Origin: Raillietiella orientalis
Taxonomy: Eukaryota
Direction: 5' to 3'
Assembly: GCA_036172245.1 (NCBI GenBank)
Contig: JAYWIR010000002.1
Location: forward strand, 2,852,001-2,916,000
Length of the DNA stretch: 64,000 nucleotides
Shown here: piece by piece, positions 1-11,400 of the stretch
How positions within the stretch are numbered: position 1 is the stretch's first letter
Layout of the letters: the number at the start of each line of letters is the position of its first letter
Notes under the pieces: generated by a model
Database searches by the model: none
What the model was told of the DNA's origin: nothing
The model's input: only the letters and a program-made list of their open reading frames with translations
Program-made: the position numbers and the translations under genes

Positions 1-47
1 GAAGATACAATCCATAACATAACATCTCTCATCTTTGGATATTTCAT
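1..47 (-). CDS. Possible N-terminus of a gene running off the left edge (MKYPKMRDVMLWIVS...), divergent from HGH1
   Basis: A 45-nt GTGAGT...AAG intron-like segment at 76-120 (minus) matches the local intron size. It is followed by an ATG at 47 and an open frame to the window edge. No homology recognised. Confidence 0.3.
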   Translation of the reverse strand, partial: MKYPKMRDVMLWIVS

Positions 48-923
48 CGCTTGTGTTACCAACAAAGTGAAAACCCTTTATTCCGGTACGAGTTATGGCA
101 GCAAAAGGAAATATACTCACGTTAAGCACAGTTTTTTTTTAAAAAAAAGTCCATAAACGAAAAGAGAATTAGTTTTACTGTTGTCCTTTTCCCTGACTGC
201 TAAAATGGCTATTGATGCAAGTTGAAATCTCTAACAAGCAAAAATTTCAGACATTTGGGTTTATAGCACACCTAAATCTACTTTGATGGGTAGAAAAAGG
301 AATAAAATAAAATACTTGTCATTAAAAAAAAAAAATTCATTTTGAACTAAGTAAATGCAATGTAAATCTAAAGAAAAATGTTAATAAAATCTAAACTGAC
401 GATTTGACCCATAGGTTATAGATATAAAATTAATATCCTTAAAGTGATTCAAAACTCATGTTCAGCAACTCAGTTTACGAAAAAATAAATAATGAATTAC
501 TGAATTTGAAATCTGGTTTCGAAGTTTTTACGCAAGCATTTCGAAGAAAATTACGGAATCTTTTTTCTCATTTTTGTATCCAAACAATAACTTTGATAAT
601 TAAACAGGTCCATTTAGAATAGTTGCAAATTGTGAATAACAAACAGTACATTTCATGAAAAAGTTGAACCTAAGTCTGAAGAACATCTGGTTTTCTATGC
701 ATTTCCTCAGCATCCTTATGTGAGAGGAGACTCATTAATTATCAGCATGATTGTGAGGGCGCTAATTATAGAAATTTACTAAAACTTTAGGAATGTGCTT
801 GTCATATTATCACATATGCACAAAGTGTACTTTCAAAATCAGGAGTAGTGTGCGTTGAATATGCATTAGTAGTGACTTATTCGTGAATGGTGTTTTGCCA
901 GTTCTATAAGAGGCAGTTTGAAC

Positions 924-2217
924 ATGGACCTGGAAAATAACTTGCAAGCATTATTGGGTAATTTCCTTTCATATTTCTTGTATTTTTAAGTAATATGCAA
1001 GCTGCAAATAGCATACTTATGAAGAAATCATTATCATACGAAAGAAATTGTGTAGGTTGCTATCTTGAATGAACACATGCAAAAACTAAGTTTTTCAAGT
1101 GTTTTGATTGCTTCTAATGCGCACCCTGTAATCCTTTAGGAATTTCTGCATCACAAGAAGGGCCCATGACGCTTGTTCAGGAAGAGGATCTCATTAAAGA
1201 ATTACTTCAAATTGTAAAGTTGCATTCTCTTAACACAACTACTATCAATTCCTTGTTTCTGAATGTTACTGCAGACAGTGTAGCATTGCAGTCGATGCCA
1301 AAAACCCATGTAGTTCATTTGATAGATTACTGCTTAAATGAGCTATTTCATCAGACAAATGATCAAGTATTGCAAATTCTATGCAATGTGACGCATGTTC
1401 CTTCTTATTGTGAGGAGACTGTAAATATGTTGGATCAAAAAAAGATACCTATCAGTGAACTAGTAGCTTTAGGCTTCTCAAGCAATGGTAACAAGAGTTG
1501 CAGGTTCCGTCAAGATGCAGTCTATTTATTGTGTAATTTGTGCCAACTTTCAGAATTCAGGAAGTAAGCACAGAATTGTGATTACCATGTTACATTACTT
1601 ATTTTTTGTCATTATGTTTCATAGAAAGTTTCTGTTGAAGGACCTAGTAATGTTTAAAAAAGTCTGTTCACTCATGGAAGATGACTCATTACATACCCAC
1701 ATAGCAGTTCAGGGATTAATTAAGAATTGTTGTTTTGAGACTGGTAAGGAAAAGTGGAAGAACTTTGGAAATAAACAATTTTGTTTTAGCACATCATGAC
1801 ATATTATTGCAAGATGATTTGGATATTCTGGGAAGGATCCTGTCACCTTTGATGGCTCCTGAAGTTTCTTCAGAAGAAAACTCAATCACTGGGGAACAGA
1901 GAGATCTATATATAAGTCTTTGTATAGTCTCCCTAGAAGCATTATTGCAGCTGTGTGCTACTGAAAGAGGCAGAGTCATCATGCGCAGCAGGGATATTTA
2001 TTCAATTTTGAAAAAATATTACTGTTGGGAAACTCATCATGAAGCTAAAACTTCTTGTGAAAATGTAATTCAGATTTTGATCAGGTAGGTCAGGTTATTA
2101 GCATGTGGTGCTTATAATTCTTTAAGATCGGAAGAAGATATTGGATGTGCTGATTTAAGCATGCTTGATTTACCAGAAAATTTTGGGATAAATTTAAACC
2201 CAAAAAATAAGTCATGA
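924..2217 (+). CDS. HGH1: HGH1 homolog (FAM203-like armadillo-fold eEF2 chaperone), at least 5 coding exons
   Basis: GT-AG spliced frames give GLIKNCCFETAHHDILL...DILGRILSPLMAPE...LEALLQLCATERGRVIMR..IYSILKKYYCWE....CENVIQILIRSEEDIG, the HGH1 C-terminal signature. Stop is TGA at 2215-2217. The start is uncertain; a further upstream exon near 655-719 is possible. Confidence 0.85.
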
Positions 2218-5200
2218 GTGTCTCCCCCTGTTTTCCATGAAAAAATAAGATCGAATCCAGAAAATATTGCACTTCACGAAACTTGAGTAGCAGCAGTAAT
2301 GCTAATCTATGATCAAGCCTTAAAATACTATAATTAATGGGTTACCAGTGTAGTTATTCACTGTATTGGCAATGAATTTTTGCCACCAAGACTTGAGAGG
2401 AGCAAACACTATTTCAGTCACTGCTTGCATATGAAAATATAATATATTTCAGTAAAAGCACTAATTTTTAATATTCGTCCTGGCAAGATTATTTGTGATA
2501 ATTAACAAGGTTAGGTAACCCTGGATCAACATTTAGCTTATCAGGGAGGTACATGAATCAGCCCACTGGGGTGTATTGTGAGAAGCTTGAAACACACATA
2601 AAATTATTAAAACAAAACAGAAGTTATTAATTACTTAAGCTTGCTGAATAATTGTTGGGAGATATTGAGTGATTGATTAAGTACTCAAGCACCTTTGATA
2701 CTCAGTATAAGTAAGCATTTCGTACTTTAGCAACCAAACTGAAAGATTTGAAAAAGCATATGCTTATAAAGGTGCGTACACGAAAAGTTGTTGCTACCAA
2801 ATCTAGCAGTGGGTGTGGTGATGTGATGTGTTAGATGTATCAAGCTTGTAATTTTTTTTAATTTCACAATACTATTTTTTGCTCTCATGAACAAAAGGAT
2901 TGTTACAGCAATGCAAATGGCACAAGCTGAAAAGTGAATGTCTAAAATTTGTGTTTTACGAAAGTTTTTCAAATTGATACTTCATAATTTTCGTTCGTTC
3001 TAAATTTCGTTTGCTCCTAGCGACCGGAATACAAGGTTTGACAGCACAGAAAACTCGACAGCTTAGTAGTTTCTCCGTTCCTTCTCTTAAGTAGTCATGG
3101 ATCCTCTTTTCCCCTGGCTTCAGGTCGACATTTACTGTGTTCCTTGTTTGTTCCCACCATCATGATTTCATCCTCTTCCTCTTAGCGCGCGAGTATCCTT
3201 GCTGCGACCTACCCATTTCATGTCAGCACTCTTCATTTTTGCTTTTCTTCCCTTACAGCATCATAAGATGCGAGTCCTATTGCAGCTTCCTCCTTCTCCT
3301 TCCACAGAGAAGAGAGGGAAGAGAGCCCCCGGCACGAGCGCATCCGGTCTTCCAGGAGGAGTCCTGGAACGGACTCCTGGAGACAATTGCCAGCTAGTGT
3401 GTTCCATGGCTGCCACGGGAACTCTTCAAGAGAAGAGGACGCGAACGATGGAGTGCTTCGATAGTCACGTCCTCGGATGTGGCTCTTGCGTCCGGAGGCT
3501 AGTGAAGGTCACACTCATTTGAGCCCTCTCGCTACCGCGCTCCCAGCCTGCATGCTTCGGGCGGTTCCCTGGAGAGGCTTTCTTGTCTTTTCTCTGATCT
3601 TCCTCTCCCTCTCCTCCTGCCCTAGTAGTTCGACTCGGTGGGAACTGTGGAGGCAGTGCTGATTCGTGGGTGTTCCTTAAGGAGGGGAAGAGCGCTCGCG
3701 CGCACTGTTGCGGTGACCGACTCCCTCGCTTTCGGCTAGGCCGTCCTAGCCTTTGCATGTCTCCTTCCCAAGCAGGCGCAGAGGAGACTAGCTTGGACGC
3801 GTTCGGGGTGCTCACGTCCTTCTCGTCTCCTCGTCTCTCGCGCAGCCGCGAGACAATCAGTCGGGGGACCTCAGGGATGCCCCCTGGACGCTTGCTCTTC
3901 TCCTTCGTGAGAGCATCGACAGGGCGGCCACTAGCGATCTTCTGTCTTGCCTTACAACCTCCTTCGCCCTCTGCGTCTCTCGTCCTTCAGTTTCCTTCAG
4001 CAGTCAGCCGAGGGGATTCGGAAACCCCACTGCCCGTTGCGTGCCGACCCACCCTGCACAGGAGGACCCACCGGCTCCAGCGCGCCTCCTTCGGGGGCTA
4101 GGAAGCGAATTCGCCGCCGAACTTGTCGCTGAGCCTCTTTCTTCCCTTTTTTTTTTTTTATTTTATTTTTCCTCATCCGAATCCCCTGATGTGTGCACTG
4201 ATCTTCTGGTCCACGGATGGAGCACCAAGCCTCCTTGAGAATACATACACTCCAGGGAGAGCGAAGGGAGTGGAGATGGACGAAACCTGGAGGGGAGAGG
4301 GAAAGGTATCCCCACCCTAGAGCGAGGCGAACTTCCGCAGTCGGCTCCCTCTTGGAACGATCTCGGGAAGCACCTTAGAGGGACTCTAGCAGGCGGAGAC
4401 GCTGGACCTCCATGGTAGCATCCCCTCGGGTTTCCTTCTCTGGCTGCAGACCTCGTCGAAAAGGTGGACGGTAGCTCGCCTCGCCTCCCCTACTCGCCCG
4501 CATCCCACGGTCCAGTGATCTGGTGAGAGTGGGTGCGCTTCCTCCGGACTGCAGGTCGTGGAGCAGGAAGGGAGGCAGGGGAGCGAAATGCGAAGGTACC
4601 GGCGATACGATCCCCCCGCGCGCGCGTAACGCGGGGGCCACCAAGGGAAAGTGCCGGCTCGCAGGGTGTGTCTCGCTGGGAGGAGGGAAGCGGATCTTGA
4701 GCCTCGACCATCTTCTCCAAAGAAGAAAAGAGGGATGAAGCTGAACGGGAATCGGGAAGGAGGGAAGGTTCAAGGAGCTCGGCGCGCGCCCTTTTCGGGG
4801 TACCTCCCACGAGATCTGCGGCTCTTCCCCGAAACGGCTGCATTTTTCCCCTGGCTGCTTCAGCTGCAGGAGGAAGCTGGAGGTCCTCGGGAGTGGAATT
4901 TCTCCCCTCCCCCTCTCCGCATGCTCTCCTTGAAGATCCATCGTCCTTCTGCAGTCAGCCTTCCTGTGTTCCTTCCGGCGGAGAGGAGGCGAAGGAAGTG
5001 TCGGAGGCGAATGCGTGGCTGTCCAGTGTAGTCCAAGAGAACGGGGAGACGAAGAGGCGAGGTTGTAAGGGCCTGCTGGTAGTATTTCAGTGGGAAACAG
5101 GAGTGAGGGAAGGAGGGAGAGACTATAACTTGCAGGTTGCACCATCCGCTCTCCCTCCTCCGCTGTCGTTGGATATCCTTCCGCCTTCGGAGGGTCTGCA

Positions 5201-5455
5201 GTGCCCTCGGAACAGGATGCGACCCAGGAGGCGGCATGTTCGCTTCTAATGTCGCCGCTGATTTGATCCTTTGTCTCCACAGCGTGACGGCCTTCCGGGG
5301 GAAGCGGGAAGAGGAGCATGGGGGAAGTGGGAAGAGGAGCATTAAAACTTTAAGGCCGGGGGGAGGGGTGACCCAAGCCATTCCCTGAAAAAGAGAGAGG
5401 AGGAAGGGGTCCAGGGTGTGCCCAAATGGCACTTTGCCTTCCTCTTCCTCTCCTC

Positions 5456-8400
5456 TCACGGCAGGTAACCTAGGGCGTCCTGGATGTTGGCGACGGAGAA
5501 CAAGCTCTTCCCGGGCTGTCCCCGCGGCGCGGCGCCGGCCAGACTCGCGTCTTCCTCGGAGACCTCGGCAAGAGAGTCCAGGAGGTCCGTCGTCTGAGAT
5601 ATCCTCATCCCGGCAAAGAGGGCCGCGATCTCGGCGTCCTTCTTGGCGGAGAGGGCCCCTCCTCCCCGACCACCCCCTACACCTCCCTGGTCCCTTGAAC
5701 TCGTCTGGGCAGGGCAGGCGAAGCGGTACAGCAGGTTCCCATCCCTGTCCTTCGCCGACACCCTCAGGATCTTCGCGCCTCGAGGAGTCCTTCCCTGTAG
5801 GTCGCTGCCTCCATCCCCGTCTGGGCAGTAAGGCAGCGGCGACTCCGGAGAGTTTCCGCCCTCTTCCTGCTCTTTCTCCTCTGCAGCCTCTGCCTCCTCC
5901 CCGTCCCCGTTCAGGCGCCTCAGCTCCTCGGCATCTTTCAGGTATGTCTCCGCCCTGGTTGTCAAGGTCGCCCTCCCGGAGCGATCCCCGCGTCGTGAGG
6001 GCGACCTCCGGAGGCGACTGCTCGAACGCCTTCGGACCCCGCCCCCGGAGGGACACTCGTCGCTTCCTGTGGTGTTGGTGGTGGTGGTGATCCCGGCGGC
6101 GGACCCAGAGGAGGAGTCCAGGTTGACTTCGTAGATGCAGACTCCGCGTGAGCGGATGGTTCTCAGTGAGCAACAGCAGCGCTCGCTCTCGGCGCAGCTA
6201 CCGGAGCCATCGCAGCTGCAGGGATCGGCAAGGGTGGGAGACTGCGGTCCACTGTCAACGCCGCGCCCTTCCTTCCGGATGGCCTCCAGGAGGAGGGCCG
6301 CTTCGCTGCCGTCCGGAGTGCGCCTCCGGGGGTGGAAGGATGCGGGCAGAGGCACGCGACGGGGGTCCTCCGCTCGCTCTCCCGCGGGAGGGCGCTTTCG
6401 TCTCGCCCGCATCTTGCGGCAGGCCCGAACCACGGACTTGGTCTTGCGGATGAGGTCGGCGAAGCCTCCGGGAGGGGTGCGCCGATCGGTGGAGGCAGTG
6501 GTCCGGGAAGATGCTCGCGGAGGCCTCCGCCGCCGGCGTTCCTCCCCGGAGTCTCCTCGAGAGAGGGCCTCGCCGCACCGGAAGGCATCCTCCCGGTCCA
6601 TGTTCGAGGCCAGCCGCAGAAGGATCTCCCGGTGGGCGGGGCGCATCCTGGTGAAAGAAGCCCCGTCGGTCCGCAGGATGCTGCGGAGAACGCGCCGCGC
6701 GGAGGCGCCTGCGTTCCACCCGTCCTCGTCGGAGGTGACGCCGCCGCCGGCGCCGGCCTCCTTGGAGGTTCTCGCCTGCGCCTCCGAGACAGGGGAGGAG
6801 CCGTATTGGTCCCGGGACGCTCCCGGACCCGAGGATGAGCAAGTGGAAGACCACTCGCAGGACGAGGGGGGGGCGAGCATCCTTTCGGTGCCCCAGGGTA
6901 GAGGGGTAGGGGTGGAGAATGGGATCCGGTCGTTGGCTACCAGCACACCTTCGCTGTGGTACCTGCGGATGGAGGCGGCGGGGCAGCAGCGGCGGCGGCG
7001 GCCTCCATCTGTGGGCGCTGGCGGCGACGGGCGCGGGGAAGAGGCCGCTGCCATCCTCGCCGCCTCCTCCTTCTCCTCCTCCTTCTCTTCTCTCCCTCTC
7101 TTCTCTTGCCTGGGAGGCCTCCCCTTCCTCCTCGCCGGCCGGACGGGAGCCAAGTCCGGGTCTGACCAGGGACGGGGGGAGCAGCAGCTTCCTTCCCTCG
7201 GGGGCGGCGCGAGGGCACCTCCGCCCCCGCTGGCTTCAATGCCCTCCAGTAGGACCTGGTAGAGGTTGGCGGCCATGACGATGGAGTCCTCGGGGCTGGC
7301 GCACACCAACGCGCGGCAACGGCAGCGCCCGGAGGTGGCGCTCCTGGCGACATAGACAAAGATGGGCGGGTGGAAGGGATGCAGGGCACTCCGGCCATCC
7401 TCGCGCAGAGTGCGGAAGAGGCGGAAGCGCTCCCGGCTCTCCGGGTCGCAGATCAGCGGCAGGAATGCGTAGCGCAGCTCTCCCGATGACGACGACGACG
7501 GCGAAGAAGACGATGAGGCAGCGGCAGTGGTGGTGGCTCTGGCGGTGGCTGCTGTGGGAAAGGGAAAAGAGCGGGCGCCTCCTTCCGTCCCCTCTCCAGC
7601 CTGGTCCTGAGGGTGACGGCGACGAGGATGGATCTCTCGAACGACGAGCTTCACAGCCGCCCACACCGCGATGGTCTGGAAGTGGTCGAAGACCTGCCCA
7701 TCGCGGTGCCTGACGAAGAGCCCGCGTGCCGCGATCTCTAGAGTGTCCCCCAGTGGGGAGACCTGCTGCTGCGCCTTCTGCCTTCGGGAGTCCGCCCCCG
7801 CCAGGTGGCCGAAGTAGAGCTCCTTCAGGGGCAACTGCAAGGAAGTCAGGCTGGGCGCGCGCGCTACCGCTGACGAGCCCAGGTAGCGCACCGCGTACCG
7901 CCTGCTCCGCCGGGGGGGAGGGACGAGGTCACCCGTGCTTTTCTCCTCCGTCCGAGGTCCTTCCGGAGGCGGCGGCGACGGTGGAGGCGACGGAGTTCCA
8001 GAGAGGGCTGCTATGGCTCCTGGAGGGGGAAAGTACTGCTGCTGCTGCTGCTGCTGCCATCCGCCCTTGGTAGTCCAAGAGCCTCCACGCCCGCAGGCGA
8101 GAGGGCTCGAAGGGTTTTCTTTCCGGACTCCGAGGGAGGAGACCCTCCGCACGAGGGAGAACGACGACCTCTCCTGGACTCCTTCGGCGATGCACCGGAT
8201 GCGCTCCTGCAGGCGGTTCCGGAAACTCTCATCGGCGCCGCAGAAGGAGGGGGAGGAGGAGGAGGAGGAGGAAGAGGAGGGGGGCACGTGACTCGTCGCC
8301 GGGCAGCGCCGCTCCCGGACCCACTGCGACTGCTGCTCCTCTCCTGAGTCCCGAAGGGGCAGGCGGCGGTGGTCTGGGCGTGGGAAGGCGCGCTCCTCGG

Positions 8401-8479
8401 GTTCGGGGAAGACGAACGCCCCGAAGGACGACGGAGGCGCCTGCTGCTGCTGCTGCTGCTGCTGCTGCGCGCACAGCAT
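5456..8479 (-). CDS. Intronless 1007-aa protein with a PTB/PID-like domain, low-complexity linkers and a C-terminal ...NIQDALGYLP
   Basis: Longest ORF in the window, with an in-frame TAG shortly upstream of the ATG. PTB-like start YAVRYLGS, strand LEIAARGLFV, FQTIAVWAAVK, and PTB-like end CRALVCASPEDSIVMAANLYQVL. Ordered blocks are separated by polyQ/S/P/E tracts. Confidence 0.75.
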   Translation of the reverse strand: MLCAQQQQQQQQQAPPSSFGAFVFPEPEERAFPRPDHRRLPLRDSGEEQQSQWVRERRCPATSHVPPSSSSSSSSSPSFCGADESFRNRLQERIRCIAEGVQERSSFSLVRRVSSLGVRKENPSSPLACGRGGSWTTKGGWQQQQQQQYFPPPGAIAALSGTPSPPPSPPPPEGPRTEEKSTGDLVPPPRRSRRYAVRYLGSSAVARAPSLTSLQLPLKELYFGHLAGADSRRQKAQQQVSPLGDTLEIAARGLFVRHRDGQVFDHFQTIAVWAAVKLVVREIHPRRRHPQDQAGEGTEGGARSFPFPTAATARATTTAAASSSSSPSSSSSGELRYAFLPLICDPESRERFRLFRTLREDGRSALHPFHPPIFVYVARSATSGRCRCRALVCASPEDSIVMAANLYQVLLEGIEASGGGGALAPPPREGSCCSPRPWSDPDLAPVRPARRKGRPPRQEKRGREEKEEEKEEAARMAAASSPRPSPPAPTDGGRRRRCCPAASIRRYHSEGVLVANDRIPFSTPTPLPWGTERMLAPPSSCEWSSTCSSSGPGASRDQYGSSPVSEAQARTSKEAGAGGGVTSDEDGWNAGASARRVLRSILRTDGASFTRMRPAHREILLRLASNMDREDAFRCGEALSRGDSGEERRRRRPPRASSRTTASTDRRTPPGGFADLIRKTKSVVRACRKMRARRKRPPAGERAEDPRRVPLPASFHPRRRTPDGSEAALLLEAIRKEGRGVDSGPQSPTLADPCSCDGSGSCAESERCCCSLRTIRSRGVCIYEVNLDSSSGSAAGITTTTNTTGSDECPSGGGVRRRSSSRLRRSPSRRGDRSGRATLTTRAETYLKDAEELRRLNGDGEEAEAAEEKEQEEGGNSPESPLPYCPDGDGGSDLQGRTPRGAKILRVSAKDRDGNLLYRFACPAQTSSRDQGGVGGGRGGGALSAKKDAEIAALFAGMRISQTTDLLDSLAEVSEEDASLAGAAPRGQPGKSLFSVANIQDALGYLP
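8036..8056 (-). repeat. (CAG)7 coding polyQ tract
   Basis: Pure CTG x7 on the + strand, inside the PTB-like ORF. Confidence 0.95.
8441..8467 (-). repeat. (CAG)9 coding polyQ tract at the N-terminus of the PTB-like ORF
   Basis: Pure CTG x9 on the + strand; translates as MLCAQQQQQQQQQAPP. Confidence 0.95.
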
Positions 8480-11400
8480 GGGAGGCCTTGCTCCTCGTGG
8501 GGAATATGGGAGAAGAAGGGGCGGGTCTGCCTACCCCCCTCGTTGGGACCGTGGTTCCAACCGTCAGAATGGCGTGGCGGTCCGCAGGGACGGAGTAACT
8601 CGCGAGGGCGTGAGTCTCAAAGAAGCGGTGGGTCCAGGGAGGCTGGGGCCCCCGCTTACGGGCAGCCTGCACACGAAGCCGCTGCTCCTTCCTGGAAGGA
8701 GAGAAGGGGGGGAGGGATCGTGATGGCCGGAGGGGAGGTAGGGAGGAGAAAAGGAGAAGAAGGAAGCGCGTGCGCTCCCGGTCCTCATGCGCGTCGGCGT
8801 CTAGCGCTCTCCCGCCGCGAGGAACCTCCCGGAAGGCTACCGCCTCCCTCCTTGTGCAGGGGACGAGGGGATGGCGGCAATGTTCCCGAGGAGCTCTACG
8901 TGGGGCCGAAAGGGGCCCCTGCACTCCCCTGTCCCTGCCCTCTTTGAGAGCAGCGAGAGCTCCGGAACGCCCTACCCTCTGTGCACCCCAGCGGGACGGG
9001 TCTGTAGGGTTTCCCCCAGAGACCTTTCCGCAGGGGGGGCTAACCGTTTAAGGACATCTTTTTCCGCGTCGCGCAACCGACCCGTGGTGCGTGTTTCCCC
9101 ACTCCACTCCTCCCTTCCTCTCCTGACTCCCGAAGCCGTTTCCCGCAGTGCCTTCCCGCGTCATGCGTCCTTCTCTCTCTACGGGACTCCGATTCCCCTT
9201 TCCCGCCCTCGTGCGCCTCGCCCCTCCCCGTCGAGGTGCCAAGGGTGCTGGCAAACGCCCTCCTCTCCTTCCGCGCTCCTCCCTCAGAGGCGAAAGGGGA
9301 CTCGACCTTCCGCTAAAAGGGCGACCCCGCCGGGAGGCGATTGGCGACGTCGGAAGGGTCAGGGGCCAGAGGGATCGCCGCCACCCCCCGCCCTCCCTTC
9401 CCCTTCTTCCCCTGAAAAGAAGGCGAGGGTATACAGGAGAGCTCACTCACCGGTGTTTTCGGGGGGCGCAGCTTCTCGTCGTCGGGAGGGCGCGGACTCG
9501 GGCGCTCGCCGGGCGGTTCTGCTCGGCCTGGCGCGCGCGTGTCCATCCGAGCGCGCGCGCACCGTGCCCCGCGGGCACCCGAGAAGAAAGAGGGGGGGGG
9601 GAAAGGAGAGGAACAGTTCTTTTCCTCCTTCTCCTCCTCTCTGCGTGGGCCGTCGCGCGTCCGCGAATCCTCTTTGCCTTCTCCTTGCATTTTTTTTCGG
9701 TTCCCCTCCCCTTCCCGACCTCCGGCCGGCCCGTCTCAGTCCTGCCCTCAGGGCAGTCCTACCCGAGGGAGAAAGGAGGGGTGTGAGTCTGAAGCCCCCC
9801 CTTCCCTCCCTCGGGAGGATGCGAGCCTGGTGCTCCTCTCGTGTACTGCCGCGCGCGAAGGGAAGGTCTCCCCTCCCTCCCCGCCCGATCCCTTTTTTCC
9901 TCTGGCGCGCTGGTAGAGAGCAGCGGGAGGGACCTGAGCCCGATGCAGGCGGCTCCTTCCCACCGCCCGCATGCGAGGGCTGGGTGTCCTGTCCTGGGAA
10001 ACCGAAGGGTCCGTTCCCTCCCCCTTTCCTACCGCCCCCGCGAGCTCAGCCCATCTCCTAGTGGCCCTCCAGACGGGCTCAGGTCATCCCCCTCCTCCCT
10101 TCAGGAAGAGGGGTCGGAGCCCTGTCAGGGAGAAGAGGGAGCAAAGGCTCACTGCATGGGGAAAAGGGGCGAGATGGAGGAAGAACGGGGTGCTTCCCTG
10201 ATGGAGGAAGGCGAACGTCGCTCCCACGGCTCTTCTTTCCCCCTCCATCCATCCTCACGTGCCGGATGCTCCCGGTCCGGGGGCGCAGCTTGTGCTCGGC
10301 CCCTGCGGCACTTATTTCCCACCTCCCACCTCCTTCATCCCCCATGGACGTCAAAGATGTCGCGAGGCCACATGAGGGGGCCAGGAAAGACTGCATCCTG
10401 TCCCTGGGAGGAGCATGCTCGCTGGTGCGGACCCCCGAGAGCTCCTGGAAACTTCCGACAGGGGGAAGGGAGGCGGGAGGACTCCTTGCCCTCCCCATGC
10501 CACGCCCCTATTCCCTACCCCCTTGTCTCCGCCAGCCTCCGTCCATCACGGTTCCCGGAGATCCCGGAGAGAGGAGGATTCCTGGGGGCATCCCAGGGGG
10601 TAGGATCCGGGAAGGGCGGCGGGAGAACGCTCCCCTCTCCTGGTGCCACCTCCTTCCCATCCTTGCTTGCAGAGGATGGGTGAGGGTGCGTTCCTCCCGC
10701 CCTTGCCGCTTGCCTCCCGCACTTTCGAAGACCAGTGCCCGTGACCGCGGCCAGACGTTGCCTATGGCGATTTTCTGGATGCCGCTGAGGAGAGAGAGAG
10801 AGGGGGGGGACGGGGCGCGGTGGAATAGGGGGAGGGGGAAGGATGAGAAGAAGCTGGCACGGCGGCTCCGGGAGGGCAAAGGGCGCGCGCTCTCGCGAGG
10901 GATGGTGGCCGGAGCTCCGGAAGCGTGGCGACGCCCCCTCGGCTGCCTCCGTGATCAGCGGACCAGAACGTCCGTTGACATCCGGTGGAGACCGCCAGCA
11001 ACCACCAGGGCGAGGTGGCGGCGAGCAGCAGAGTCTGAACGCCGGTCGGCGAGGGAGGGAGCGTAAGATTCCCATCCGCGCTGCTCCCCCAGACTTCCTG
11101 CGAGGTCCCCCAGAGCGAAGGGGCACCGAAAGGAGGAGAGCGCGCCACCAGCGCCGCGCCCCGACGTAGGCTGGTGGCGGGTCGACGACGCCCTGTGTTG
11201 TGCCCTTCCTTTCGTACTCCCCCCCCCAACCCCCCTCTTCCCCCGTGGAAACCTCCTTAGAAGGCACGCAGGCGAGGAGGTGAGGGGGAACGAGGGATCA
11301 AGCCGATGCTGCGGATCGGAGGCAGCCAGGAGTGCAGCGGTAGCTGCGAGACCCACGGGTTGGCCCAGCGGAAGCAGGAAGCGTTAATTTAATACTCGTC

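Noticed and set aside
1558-1624. Possible non-canonical GA donor in HGH1
   Set aside because: A canonical GTAAGC donor three bases later keeps the same phase.
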